Origin: Candidatus Hydrogenedentota bacterium
GTDB taxonomy: Bacteria; Hydrogenedentota; Hydrogenedentia; Hydrogenedentales; JAEUWI01
Assembly: GCA_034669905.1 (NCBI GenBank)
Contig: JAXMOL010000021.1
Coordinates: forward strand, 32,001-96,000
Length of the DNA stretch: 64,000 nt
Direction: 5' to 3'
Position 1 is the stretch's first letter. Each line of letters begins with the position of its first letter. Position numbers and translations under genes: made by a program. The notes beneath the pieces were generated by a model. That model saw only the letters and a list, made by a program, of their open reading frames with translations. It ran no database searches and had not been told where the DNA came from. Below, in pieces: positions 1 through 11,359 of this stretch.

Positions 1-1
1 C

Positions 2-808
2 CAGATGATCGGGGAGCCGGGCCGGGGCGTCCCCACCATTATTGAAATGGTGAATCATACCCGCCTCGACTGCGTCATCGGTTCGGCCGCCCTCATGCGG
101 CAGGCCCTGATGCAGGCCATTCACCACACCCGCCACCGCGCGGCCTTCGGAAAGAAGTTGGTAGACCAACCCCTCATGGAAATGGTGCTGGCGGACCTGG
201 CGGTGGAAAGCGAAGCCGCCACCACCCTCATGCTCCATCTGGCGGAGGCCTACGACAACGCCTCCAAATCCCCCGAGCACAAGGCCTATGCCCGCCTCGT
301 TTCCGCCATCGGAAAATATTGGGTCTGTAAGCGGACACCCTTCATGGTGGGCGAAGCGCTGGAATGCCTGGGCGGTGCGGGGTATATCGAGGAATCGATC
401 ATGCCCCGCCTCTATCGCGAAGCGCCGTTGAGTTCTATCTGGGAAGGTTCGGGCAATGTCATGTGTCTTGATGTGCTGCGGGCCATGACGAAAGAGCCGG
501 GTGCCGTGACCCTCTTGCGAGAACGTCTCACCTCGGGGCAAGGACAATCCGGTACCTTTGACCGCTTTCTTAAGCGGCTCAAGCAAATCATGAACGAGGA
601 AATAACCCACCCCGGTCAGGCCCGCTTCCTCGTGGAGCGTCTTGCCCTTGCTCTGCAGGGGAGTTTGTTGCTTCAACAGGCCCCGGAAAACGTGGGGACG
701 GCATTTTGTCACAGCCGCCTGGGGCGGGATCGCGGCCTCGCCATGGGGGCTGGTCCGAGCGTGAAAATGGACCGGGCCATCATTGACCGCGCCTTTGGGG
801 GCATGTAA
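2..808 (+). CDS. Acyl-CoA dehydrogenase, AidB-like (5' end outside window)
   Basis: C-terminal ACAD motifs: TRLDC, R-x-AFGKKL, EALECLGGAGYIEE, SIWEGSGNVMCLD; frame is open at the window edge. Confidence 0.85.
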   Translation, partial: QMIGEPGRGVPTIIEMVNHTRLDCVIGSAALMRQALMQAIHHTRHRAAFGKKLVDQPLMEMVLADLAVESEAATTLMLHLAEAYDNASKSPEHKAYARLVSAIGKYWVCKRTPFMVGEALECLGGAGYIEESIMPRLYREAPLSSIWEGSGNVMCLDVLRAMTKEPGAVTLLRERLTSGQGQSGTFDRFLKRLKQIMNEEITHPGQARFLVERLALALQGSLLLQQAPENVGTAFCHSRLGRDRGLAMGAGPSVKMDRAIIDRAFGGM

Positions 809-819
809 TTCCTGTCTGG

Positions 820-1941
820 TCAGCTTAAGGCAAGCCGTACAAAGCGAATCCACTCCCGGCGGTGTTCTTCGCCGCCTTCGAAGACGAGACCGATATCGCC
901 GTTAGCGAGTCGCAGGAGTGAGGAGTAGGACGAGGGGCCGGAGTGAATGAGCTTCTCGACGGGCCAGGTTTTGCCTTCGTCGTAGCTTATTTTCAGGGCC
1001 ATGCGGGTTCGCTTGACGGCTCCGTATATCTTGCCGGAAACATCGGGGTTGGCGAAAAGGAGGCGGTCCTTGTCATCTTGCCCGTCGAAGCCATAGCGGA
1101 TGATACTGGCCTGGCAAGGGCATTCGTTGAGGGCGCGGTCCCAATAGAGTTTGTCCCATGTGGCGCCACCATCCGAGCTCAGCGCAACCGCGCGGCAGGA
1201 TTCGCCCGTATTCTCGCGCATGTTGAGCATGAGGGTGCCGTCTTTCAATTCCACCGCCTGGCATTCGTTGCTGAAGATAGACACCGCATCGCCTAGCGTC
1301 CATGTTTCGCCGTGGTCGTCGCTGTAAAGAACGCGCGCATAAAGGCCGGTACGGGTTTCGGGCTCGTAGGTGCCCGTATACCCCGGTACGACGAGGCGGC
1401 CACTCTGCAGTTGAATGCTCACCCCGGGACCGGACACAAAGGAGTCGTCGTAGTTGGTGATGCGCGGTTCCAGATCGATGGGGTTGCCCCAAGTGACGCC
1501 GTTGTCGCCGCTCTTGAGCATCATGTGTCTATGGTGTCCGTGCGACCGTTTGTGGGCATCGATACCGATAAGTAAAACAGTATTGTTCGTCCGGTCCACA
1601 ACGGGACACGGATTCATGATGGCCTCGTCCCCTTCTCCCGCGACGAGGGTGTGCATGGGCTCCCAGGACTTTCCGTCGTCCAGACTGCGCTTGAGCACCA
1701 TGGCGGTCGGGCTCGCGTCTTTGATGGACTCCTTGCGGGCCTCGCAGAAAAGCAGGAGGGACTTGTCAGGAGCCACCAGCATGGCGGGGATGCGGTAGGT
1801 GTGGACCCCGTCTTCACCGGCTGTGTAGACATGACGGGTTTCTTTGATTTGGATAGTGTCCAGCGCCATTGCCCGGGGCGTGGACAGGGCCATGCCCGCT
1901 ATGCCCAAGGCGCTACTTCGTATGAACTGACGTCTCTTCAT
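820..1941 (-). CDS. Tat-exported sialidase (GH33-like)
   Basis: MKRRQFI twin-arginine signal; YRIP motif; five Asp-boxes (SLDDGKSW, SGDNGVTW, SDDHGETW, SSDGGATW, SYDEGKTW); GGAGG RBS before ATG 1941. Confidence 0.85.
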   Translation of the reverse strand: MKRRQFIRSSALGIAGMALSTPRAMALDTIQIKETRHVYTAGEDGVHTYRIPAMLVAPDKSLLLFCEARKESIKDASPTAMVLKRSLDDGKSWEPMHTLVAGEGDEAIMNPCPVVDRTNNTVLLIGIDAHKRSHGHHRHMMLKSGDNGVTWGNPIDLEPRITNYDDSFVSGPGVSIQLQSGRLVVPGYTGTYEPETRTGLYARVLYSDDHGETWTLGDAVSIFSNECQAVELKDGTLMLNMRENTGESCRAVALSSDGGATWDKLYWDRALNECPCQASIIRYGFDGQDDKDRLLFANPDVSGKIYGAVKRTRMALKISYDEGKTWPVEKLIHSGPSSYSSLLRLANGDIGLVFEGGEEHRREWIRFVRLALS

Positions 1942-2043
1942 GAGGCCTCCTGACAGGGACCTTTCGCGATGGTATAGGTGTGGAACCGCGACTCGAGAGT
2001 AACACAACCACCTGTGGGGTCCAACAACTCACGACAATGATTA

Positions 2044-4068
2044 CTACCTCGGTATCACGGGCAACTCGAGCCGCGAACCCGTAACACGCCCCGTGTGGAC
2101 CGTGATGGTGGGCACGCGGTTTGCCCCATCCGCCGGGTCGTTTGCGGGGCTGAGTTGGGGGTGAAGCCGGAAGGTGGGCCAGTCGGCGCAGGCCAAGGTC
2201 AGGCGGATGCGGTGGCCCTCTTGGAATACCCAGGATGTGGGGTGGAGGCTGATAACCAGTTCCCGCTGCACGCCGTCGGCCAGGGCACCATCCACGTAAT
2301 CCACTTCACGGTATCCATGCCACGGGAGTTCCGGCAATACGTTCACCGCCCCCGATTCAACGATGAGGTCGTTGTCCACGAGAAGGTGAAAGCCCGCACG
2401 GAGCTGTCCTTCCGTAACCAACACCGCTTCGCCCGTGGGCGTCACGTCTTCCAGGTAGACAAAGAAATCGCCGTAGGCTTCCGTAGAGGAAACCGTGATC
2501 TGCACGCTCGGGTGCCCCGTCACCTCTAAGGCGTCGTCCAGCAGGTCACCGGTAAAGGTCAGGCACTGCTGGTCTTTTTGTGCACGGTCGGGCAGGACGG
2601 ACGGGCGGCGTCCGCCGATTCCTACCCAGCGATTGCCCTTGCTGTCGCCGTAGGTGCTGCTGTGGGTGAAGTCCGCCTGATAGGGAAGGGTGCCGGGCGT
2701 GCTGGCTTCGCGCTGCAACTGCTTGTCAGCGGACAGGAAGAGGGGCGTCCGTTGTTCCCGCGCGAGGGGCCATTCTTTTTCAAAGCGCCACCCATCGCCG
2801 TGCATGGTGTAGAGGTAGATGGGGGCGTCTTCTTCGATGCCATTGTCGATGCCCTTCAGATAGCGGTCGAAAAAGCGAAAGTGTTCCCGGGCGAGCACGT
2901 CCGCCGCCGCGCCCCGGTCGTAGCCGAGGTGTTCGTAGTAGGGACCGGCCGTAACCGAATGGAATCCGGGAAACATGATGACCTTGGAGGGATTGCGGTC
3001 CTTCATGGTGGCGTAGAGTTCCATGGTGCCCCGGGCGAATCCGTCGAACCAGCCGCCCACGTTGTAGATGGGGATGCCGCCAGCCATGATGGCTTCGACA
3101 TGGGCGTTGGGACTCAGGTCGCTCAGGTCAAATCCCAGGGGAGAGGGCGCGTCGATAAAAAAGGACTCTTTGGCCCACGAATGGTAGTCGAGGTTCTTTT
3201 CGTGTTCCTTGATGGCCTGGTAGAAGACGTGGCGCGTTCGCTCGCTGCCGTCCGCATACTTCGGGGGAAAGCCATCATCGAGAAAGGTGCCATTGCCATT
3301 CTGGTCAAGGGGGACTTCGTCGGCGAGGTCACCATCGCCATCTTCATCTTCGGCAGGAAGGGTGGGGAGGACGCCCTCGTCCGGGAGGTAGTAGCTGCGC
3401 TGGGACGGGTGCATGCCGGCGGACCACATTTTCAGGAAGCCCTGGAGGTAGATGCCACCGGGGTACACCTCACCCGTGTAGCCTTCCAAGGGCACCACGG
3501 TGGGCATGATGCACTTCAGGGCTTTCGGGCGATGGAAGGCCGTGGCCGTTTGGGACCAGCCGAGATAGGAGCCGCCCATCATGCCCACATTGCCATCGCA
3601 CCAGGGCTGTTCCGCGATCCAGTCAATGAGTTCCTTGCCATCCTCCCAGAGCGCGGGGATGAAATCCATGAGCCAGCCGGTGGAAGCCCCCGTACCCCGC
3701 ATGTCGGCCCGCACCAAAGCATAACCATGGGCCACGAGGTCCATTTCCAGTTTTTTCCGGGTCAGGTTAGAGACCTTGCCGGTTTTCGGGTCCACAACCG
3801 AACGTTGATAGGGCGTATATTGGACCACGACAGGGAAGCCATCCCGCTTGGGACCCTCCTGGGGGAGGTAGATATCGACGGCCATTCGTTCGCCATCGCG
3901 CAGGGGGATATAGGTGGACGAGAAGGCGACATCGCCGTATTCCGCCTCGGAGTAGCCGGTGTAGGCCTGGGGACTGCTTTCCTGGGCCTCGGCTGTGGGG
4001 ACGAGGGCACAGAGCAACACGAGGAGAACATATTGGGGTGTCAATAAAAGGCTTCGGTACACGGTCAT
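2044..4068 (-). CDS. CocE/NonD family alpha/beta hydrolase, secreted
   Basis: Signal peptide; TPY, DMRGTGASTG, GGSYLG nucleophile, GGWFD; C-terminal PepX_C-like GHRIRL. Confidence 0.88.
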   Translation of the reverse strand: MTVYRSLLLTPQYVLLVLLCALVPTAEAQESSPQAYTGYSEAEYGDVAFSSTYIPLRDGERMAVDIYLPQEGPKRDGFPVVVQYTPYQRSVVDPKTGKVSNLTRKKLEMDLVAHGYALVRADMRGTGASTGWLMDFIPALWEDGKELIDWIAEQPWCDGNVGMMGGSYLGWSQTATAFHRPKALKCIMPTVVPLEGYTGEVYPGGIYLQGFLKMWSAGMHPSQRSYYLPDEGVLPTLPAEDEDGDGDLADEVPLDQNGNGTFLDDGFPPKYADGSERTRHVFYQAIKEHEKNLDYHSWAKESFFIDAPSPLGFDLSDLSPNAHVEAIMAGGIPIYNVGGWFDGFARGTMELYATMKDRNPSKVIMFPGFHSVTAGPYYEHLGYDRGAAADVLAREHFRFFDRYLKGIDNGIEEDAPIYLYTMHGDGWRFEKEWPLAREQRTPLFLSADKQLQREASTPGTLPYQADFTHSSTYGDSKGNRWVGIGGRRPSVLPDRAQKDQQCLTFTGDLLDDALEVTGHPSVQITVSSTEAYGDFFVYLEDVTPTGEAVLVTEGQLRAGFHLLVDNDLIVESGAVNVLPELPWHGYREVDYVDGALADGVQRELVISLHPTSWVFQEGHRIRLTLACADWPTFRLHPQLSPANDPADGANRVPTITVHTGRVTGSRLELPVIPR

Positions 4069-4213
4069 CTCCGGTAGCAGGGTGGAAGCGATGGGTTACT
4101 TGGTTTTTATAGCATATTTTGCACGCACTGGGGGAATGGGAGGACTGGTTTCCGCCGTGTGACGCCATATTGGGGTCATGGGGTCAGAGCATTCGCGTCG
4201 TCTCAATAATATA

Positions 4214-4402
4214 GAACCAGGTCGTGCCGCGCGATCCCCAAAAGGCGAGTCTCAACGAGTCCTGTCGGGGTTCGTGCGTATGGAGCGAGCATGATGGTAA
4301 GTTGACGTCGCCCACCCATGCGAGCGTCCGACACCCGCGCACGAACGTTACCCCACTCGCTCAGGCTCGCAGGGCAACGATCGCGCGGCACGTCCGGTAT
4401 TC
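4214..4402 (+). ncRNA. Candidate structured ncRNA (long rod-like hairpin, 6S-sized)
   Basis: Nested complementary arms: 4223-4236/4379-4392 (14 bp perfect), GCGAGTCT/AGGCTCGC, GTTCGTGCGT/GCGCACGAAC, GCATG/CATGC; G-U wobbles work on the + strand; TAATAT -10-like at 4207-4212. Confidence 0.5.
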
Positions 4403-4611
4403 GAAACAGGGTTACGAGTTGGTACTTGCCCAACTACGACTACAAAACCTGTAACAGCCCGCAACGCGGGTGACGGACAATCCGGGGGGCGCGGAACTGC
4501 AGGGTTGGTAATTCGGCCTGAAAGAAGAATAAAGGTCCCCGGTTAATGGTATGATCCGGGTAGACCGTGCGCGTTGCCCGGTGGAATGCCATCAAATTGG
4601 GAGATGTACGA

Positions 4612-5286
4612 ATGGCCGAAGAACAACAGCCCACCCCGACGAAGAAACGCCGTTTCGGCTGCATGCAGATCCTGGTGGCCCTCCTGGTTGCCCTGCTGAT
4701 TGGCATCGCGGCCACCGGTTGGTGGGTGAAGCGCAACGTGTATGCCTCTTCCTTCAAGACGACCCAGCTCAGCGAATCCGAACAGGCCGCCTTCTCCGAA
4801 AAGGTTGCCCGACTCGAAGCCGCCGGTGGATCGCGCGCGCCCGTCGCGGACGATGGGGTCGCTCGTCCCGAGGCTTACAGCGAAGACGGGGCCAATCGCG
4901 AAATCCGTATCACCGAGAAAGAACTCAATGCCGCCATCGATAAGAACCCGGAGTGGGCCGACAAGGTGGCAGTCGACCTTGCTGATGACCTCCTGAGTAT
5001 TACCCTGCTCCTGCCCATGGATGACGAATTCCCCCTGGTGGGCGGCACGACGGCCCGCATCACCGCCGGGGCCACCCTCCGTTTCGAAAATGACAAGCCC
5101 GTGGTGATCGTGCGCGGCATCAGCATCGGCGGTATCCCGCTCCCGTCCGCCTGGATGGGTGACCTCAAGAACAAGGATCTGGTCCAGGAATTCGGCGGCC
5201 AGGGCGGCTTTTGGGACGGCCTGTCCAAAGGGGTAGAAGCTATTCAGGTGGAAGAAGGCCATCTGTATCTGAAGCTGCGCGAGTAG
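4612..5286 (+). CDS. Membrane-anchored hypothetical protein (possibly DUF2140/LmeA-like fold)
   Basis: GGGAG RBS; basic N-terminus then one TM helix; ITEKELN and GGIPLP motifs; fold assignment is inference. Confidence 0.7.
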   Translation: MAEEQQPTPTKKRRFGCMQILVALLVALLIGIAATGWWVKRNVYASSFKTTQLSESEQAAFSEKVARLEAAGGSRAPVADDGVARPEAYSEDGANREIRITEKELNAAIDKNPEWADKVAVDLADDLLSITLLLPMDDEFPLVGGTTARITAGATLRFENDKPVVIVRGISIGGIPLPSAWMGDLKNKDLVQEFGGQGGFWDGLSKGVEAIQVEEGHLYLKLRE

Positions 5287-5381
5287 CCCCTCTACATTGC
5301 CGGGAAGGGCCGCCGCCCGTGAGCATTCCCCCGGCTGCAACGGGTTTGGCTTCTTAACCCCACCTACAATCGGAATTTCAG

Positions 5382-6893
5382 ATGAAAAGACGCTTTATCC
5401 TTCACCTTTCAACGTTCTTAACGCTCCTCGCGCCCTGGCTGACGGCCGACGCAATACAGCCGAATGTGCTGCTAATCGTGTCGGAAGATAACGGACCGGA
5501 ATTGGGTTGCTATGGCGATCCCTACGCGCAGACGCCAAATCTGGACCGGTTGGCCGCGTCTGGCGTGCGGTTTGAGAACGCCTTCGTGCCCTACTCCGTC
5601 TGCTCGCCGTCGCGGGCCTGTTTTCTGACCGGCCTCTACCCGGGGCAGAATGGGCAAATCGGCCTGGCAACACACAAATTCGCCATGTATGACCCGCAGA
5701 CGCCCAATTTTGCATCGCTTCTGAAGAAGCAGGGGTATCGGACCGGCCTGATTGGCAAGCTGCACGTGAACCCTGAATCGGCTTTTCCCTTCGATTTTCG
5801 GGCGATCCCGGGCGCAAATTTCAATCGGAAGCAAACGGTCGCGGAATACGCCGCTGAGGCCGCGGGCTTTATAGAGCAAGCGGGCGACAACCCTTGGTTT
5901 TTGTCGGTCAATTATCCCGATGCCCACCTGCCGTTTCTCCGACAAGTCAACGGGCAACCGGAGAATCCCCTGGGGGCCGATGCGGTCAAGCCCATGCCGT
6001 GGGTCGGCGTGGACTCGGCACGTCTGCGCGAGCAAGTGGCCAATTACTACAATTCGCTCGCGCGGCTGGACCACGGCGTTGGCTTGCTCCTTGCCGAACT
6101 CGAAAAGGCGGGGGAGGCAAACAATACGCTCGTTATCTATTTCGGCGACCATGGCGCCCAGTTTCCACGGGGCAAGGGCACGGTCTATGAAGGTGGACTG
6201 CGTGTTCCGCTTATCGTACGCTGGCCCGGTGTGACAAAAGCGGGGGAAGTGCGATCGGAACTCGTATCCACCCTCGACCTGCTGCCCACCGCCCTGCAAG
6301 CCGCGGGGGCCAAGGGGCCGGGTAACCTGCTTGGCCTGGATTTGCGGCCATTGCTGACGGGCGCTGGGCCATCGCAATGGCGTGAATATATATTCGGGTT
6401 TACAACGGGCTCTTTTCCCCGGGCCTGCTATGTGCAACATTCCATACGAGACGGGCAGTTCAAATTGATCTCCAGCCCGCGACCGGGAACAGCGAATCTC
6501 GATGCCGGTACCTATCTCGATGAAGAGCACCAGCATTTTGTCGTTTCCGGGGCGACCACGGAGGAACAGGCGGCATCTCCTCCTCATGTTCAGGATGCCT
6601 TCGCCCGCTGGAGCCTTCCGCCGCGATACGAGCTATACGATCTTAAAAATGACCCCAATGAGTGGCACAATCTCGCGGGTGAGCCAGCGTACGCCGAAAC
6701 TAAGACCCGACTCATCAATGCGCTGGTCACACAGCAGCAGCAGACGGACGACCCGTTCCTGGATCAGGCCAACGTGAATGCCTTCGTGGAAGAGCAACTC
6801 GCAAACGTTGATCTCGCCTACCGAAAACAGAAAAATTTTCGCTGGTCCTATCTCGCCGACTTTCCCAAATGGCGCGCAGAACAGGAGCGATAG
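5382..6893 (+). CDS. Sulfatase (N-sulfoglucosamine sulfohydrolase-like)
   Basis: Signal peptide; PNVLLIVSED, CSPSRA formylglycine motif, GKLH, DHG, ELYDLKNDPNEW. Confidence 0.92.
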   Translation: MKRRFILHLSTFLTLLAPWLTADAIQPNVLLIVSEDNGPELGCYGDPYAQTPNLDRLAASGVRFENAFVPYSVCSPSRACFLTGLYPGQNGQIGLATHKFAMYDPQTPNFASLLKKQGYRTGLIGKLHVNPESAFPFDFRAIPGANFNRKQTVAEYAAEAAGFIEQAGDNPWFLSVNYPDAHLPFLRQVNGQPENPLGADAVKPMPWVGVDSARLREQVANYYNSLARLDHGVGLLLAELEKAGEANNTLVIYFGDHGAQFPRGKGTVYEGGLRVPLIVRWPGVTKAGEVRSELVSTLDLLPTALQAAGAKGPGNLLGLDLRPLLTGAGPSQWREYIFGFTTGSFPRACYVQHSIRDGQFKLISSPRPGTANLDAGTYLDEEHQHFVVSGATTEEQAASPPHVQDAFARWSLPPRYELYDLKNDPNEWHNLAGEPAYAETKTRLINALVTQQQQTDDPFLDQANVNAFVEEQLANVDLAYRKQKNFRWSYLADFPKWRAEQER

Positions 6894-7124
6894 TCGAAAG
6901 TCCCCACTCAGGGTATAGGCAGAAGGGAGCGAGGTTATGTCAGCGTCGGGGAAAGCGGCTACTTGGTCCCCATTGTGTTGACGCCCGGCTTTTGGGGGTG
7001 GAAGTCGCTCGGATACTGCGCGCGCAGACGGGCTGCACAATCTCATAAGTAGACGACACAACGGGGTTGGGAGATTAGTGGGGACCGGTCTTTCTTCATG
7101 TCAGCTAAACGAAAAGGCAAATTC

Positions 7125-8822
7125 ATGCATCTGCACAACGTGAAACCAATTTCCATCACCTTGTCCCGAGTACGAGCAGCACTCCTGACCCTTTTGCTTT
7201 TCTTCTCGACCGTTGCGACCGCGCAGGACAGTGGCAAAAGAGGGATTGTCCTGTACCCCAGTGACATCATCTCCGTTGGGGTGCCCCAATGGATGGAATG
7301 GCTGGAGAGCAGCCGCATCAATTTGCTGGGCATCCATACCGACACACACCATGAGCCCCTTCCAAACCTCAAGGCCTTCCTCGAGAGCACAGTGGGTCAG
7401 GACTTGCTCCGTTCATGCCAGGCGTCAGGTATCGATATCGAATTTGAAGTACATGCCCTTCAAGATTTGTTGCCCCGTGGGTTGTTTGCGTCCCATCCCG
7501 AATATTTCCGCATGGATGCCCAAGGCACGCGTCAGCAGAAGTTCAATATGTGCTTCGCTTCAGAGGGTGCTTACGCCGCCATCGAAGCAGAAATTCGTGA
7601 CATAACGCAATGGATGAAACCGACCACCCACCGGTATTTTTTCTGGACCGACGATGTGCCAGATGCCTCGTGCCTTTGCCCCGAGTGCAAAGCGTATAGT
7701 CCCAGCGAACAGGCCCTGCGCTACGAAAATCGATTGTTGACGATTCTGAGGGACTTCGACCCCCAGGCCACGCTTGCCCACCTGGCCTATAACGAGACCC
7801 TTCCTGCACCCCAACAGGTAAAGCCGGACCCGGGTATATTTCTTGAATATGCGCCCATTAGCCGCAACTACGCCATGCCGTTGAGTGCGGAGCACCTCGG
7901 GCACCTGAAGAAGAATCTGGCCGTATTTCCCGCAGCGACGGCCCACGTGCTTGAGTACTGGGTGGATGTGTCTATGTTTTCATCGTGGAAGCGAGACGCG
8001 CTCCAGAAAGCCCCCTGGGTTCAGTCCCAGTGTGTGCGGGATGTCGAGACCTACCAATCCCTGGGCATCAACTCGATTACGTCCTTCGGGGCATGGATCA
8101 ATCAAAGCTACCTCACCCAGTATGGGCAGGATCACATCACCTTGATGCTGAAGGAATATGGGGAATCCCTGCTCAACGAGTTGCCGAAAAAGCTCGTGCT
8201 GCCACGGATAGAAAACGTGGATATAACACTGGACGGAAAACTCTCGGAGCCCCAGTGGCCCCAGGCCATTATTCGTTCCGACTTTGCCTACCCGTGGCGG
8301 AAGGAGACCCCACCGCCCACCACCTTTCACGCGTTCCGGGATGCAACCCATTTCTACTTCGCCTTTACGGTCGCTGATGGGGATATCGTGACGGCCACGG
8401 ACCATACGGCAGAGCTTTCCGTCGCCGAAGGGGATCGGGTCGAAATTTTTCTGGCCGGGAAAGAACGCCTGGAAAAGTACTACTGCATCGAAATGGGTCC
8501 CACGGGGAATGTGTTGGACTATCAAGCCGCCTACTATCGCCACTTTGACGATTCCTGGGACTGCCCCGGCCTGGAAGTGGGTACCCACCTATCCGCGGGA
8601 CACTACACCATCGAAGCCAGAATCCCCCTGAAAACCCTGGAAGACATGGGCGCCGTTCATGACGGAGACCAATCTACCCTGTCGATTGGCCTGTTTCGCG
8701 CTGAATTCAGTAAGAACGACGCAGGAGGGGAACCCATCGCGAGGTGGATTAGTTGGAAAACACCGGCAAGCGAAGAACCGGACTTCCATATACCGTCTTC
8801 ATTTGGGCAGTTGCAGTTCTGA
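7125..8822 (+). CDS. Secreted DUF4838-like protein fused to a CBM9-like sugar-binding domain
   Basis: Signal peptide; HPEYF, CxCxxC, HLAY..T..AP motifs; C-terminal ITLDGKLSEPQW, DRVEIFL, PDFH motifs; start could be 7098. Confidence 0.65.
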   Translation: MHLHNVKPISITLSRVRAALLTLLLFFSTVATAQDSGKRGIVLYPSDIISVGVPQWMEWLESSRINLLGIHTDTHHEPLPNLKAFLESTVGQDLLRSCQASGIDIEFEVHALQDLLPRGLFASHPEYFRMDAQGTRQQKFNMCFASEGAYAAIEAEIRDITQWMKPTTHRYFFWTDDVPDASCLCPECKAYSPSEQALRYENRLLTILRDFDPQATLAHLAYNETLPAPQQVKPDPGIFLEYAPISRNYAMPLSAEHLGHLKKNLAVFPAATAHVLEYWVDVSMFSSWKRDALQKAPWVQSQCVRDVETYQSLGINSITSFGAWINQSYLTQYGQDHITLMLKEYGESLLNELPKKLVLPRIENVDITLDGKLSEPQWPQAIIRSDFAYPWRKETPPPTTFHAFRDATHFYFAFTVADGDIVTATDHTAELSVAEGDRVEIFLAGKERLEKYYCIEMGPTGNVLDYQAAYYRHFDDSWDCPGLEVGTHLSAGHYTIEARIPLKTLEDMGAVHDGDQSTLSIGLFRAEFSKNDAGGEPIARWISWKTPASEEPDFHIPSSFGQLQF

Positions 8823-9079
8823 ATGAAACGTAGAAGTGGCGAGCGAGCCCATGGTGATAGCAGGAATTCCGCCTTCACGGGGCGGCAGATCATTTCAGAT
8901 TGACGGGGTCCCCGGGTGCAGCGTTACCCGGGATTATTCGTCCCCCTTCCATCACCATTGACCCGACCCCTATCAGAATGCGATCATGGGGCCGCAGTAG
9001 TGTGTCGGACTCCCCGTCCGTGCCACCAATCATCCATTCCATAGCGCATCACGCTTCCGCGATGTCCACCGCCGTATAA

Positions 9080-11035
<1,956 letters not shown>

Positions 11036-11156
11036 CGCAGGGACTACACCGACGTCACGTAGGGTTGAATGAAATGGTGTCGTCGTGGCCCTGCAGACCA
11101 AGGTGCCCACCAACATATACGCAATAGTCGGGGTCGTTCGCCTCGAATACAGCTTT

Positions 11157-11195
11157 AGCGCTCCGGACCGACGGAATCACGGTCCGGAGCGCTTT
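11157..11195. terminator. Intrinsic terminator between convergent thiC and metallophosphoesterase genes
   Basis: AGCGCTCCGGACCG-N9-CGGTCCGGAGCGCT followed by TTT. Confidence 0.75.
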
Positions 11196-11359
11196 TCGAT
11201 TTCGGCAGTTGGCTGACATTCTAACGACGACAGAGCGCTTTGACATTGCGATTGGCGCCCTTGCCGTGGTGCCCGGCGACTAAACGTTCCGTGCTGCAGG
11301 TCTTACCCGTCCCACGGGTTCCATAACGTCGCCAGCGCCCGTGTCGTATCACCCTCTCA

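Noticed and set aside
4122..4150. GCACTG..GGGA resembling a cobalamin riboswitch box
   Set aside because: Other conserved B12-box elements are missing
6886..6910. GAAAGTCC resembling the RNase P RNA 5' motif
   Set aside because: Not GAGGAAAGTCC, no 3' ACAGAA..CGGCTTA motif, and the spacer is too short
11037..11094. Imperfect hairpin right after the thiC stop
   Set aside because: No U-tract; most simply a 3' UTR or REP-like stem ahead of the real terminator
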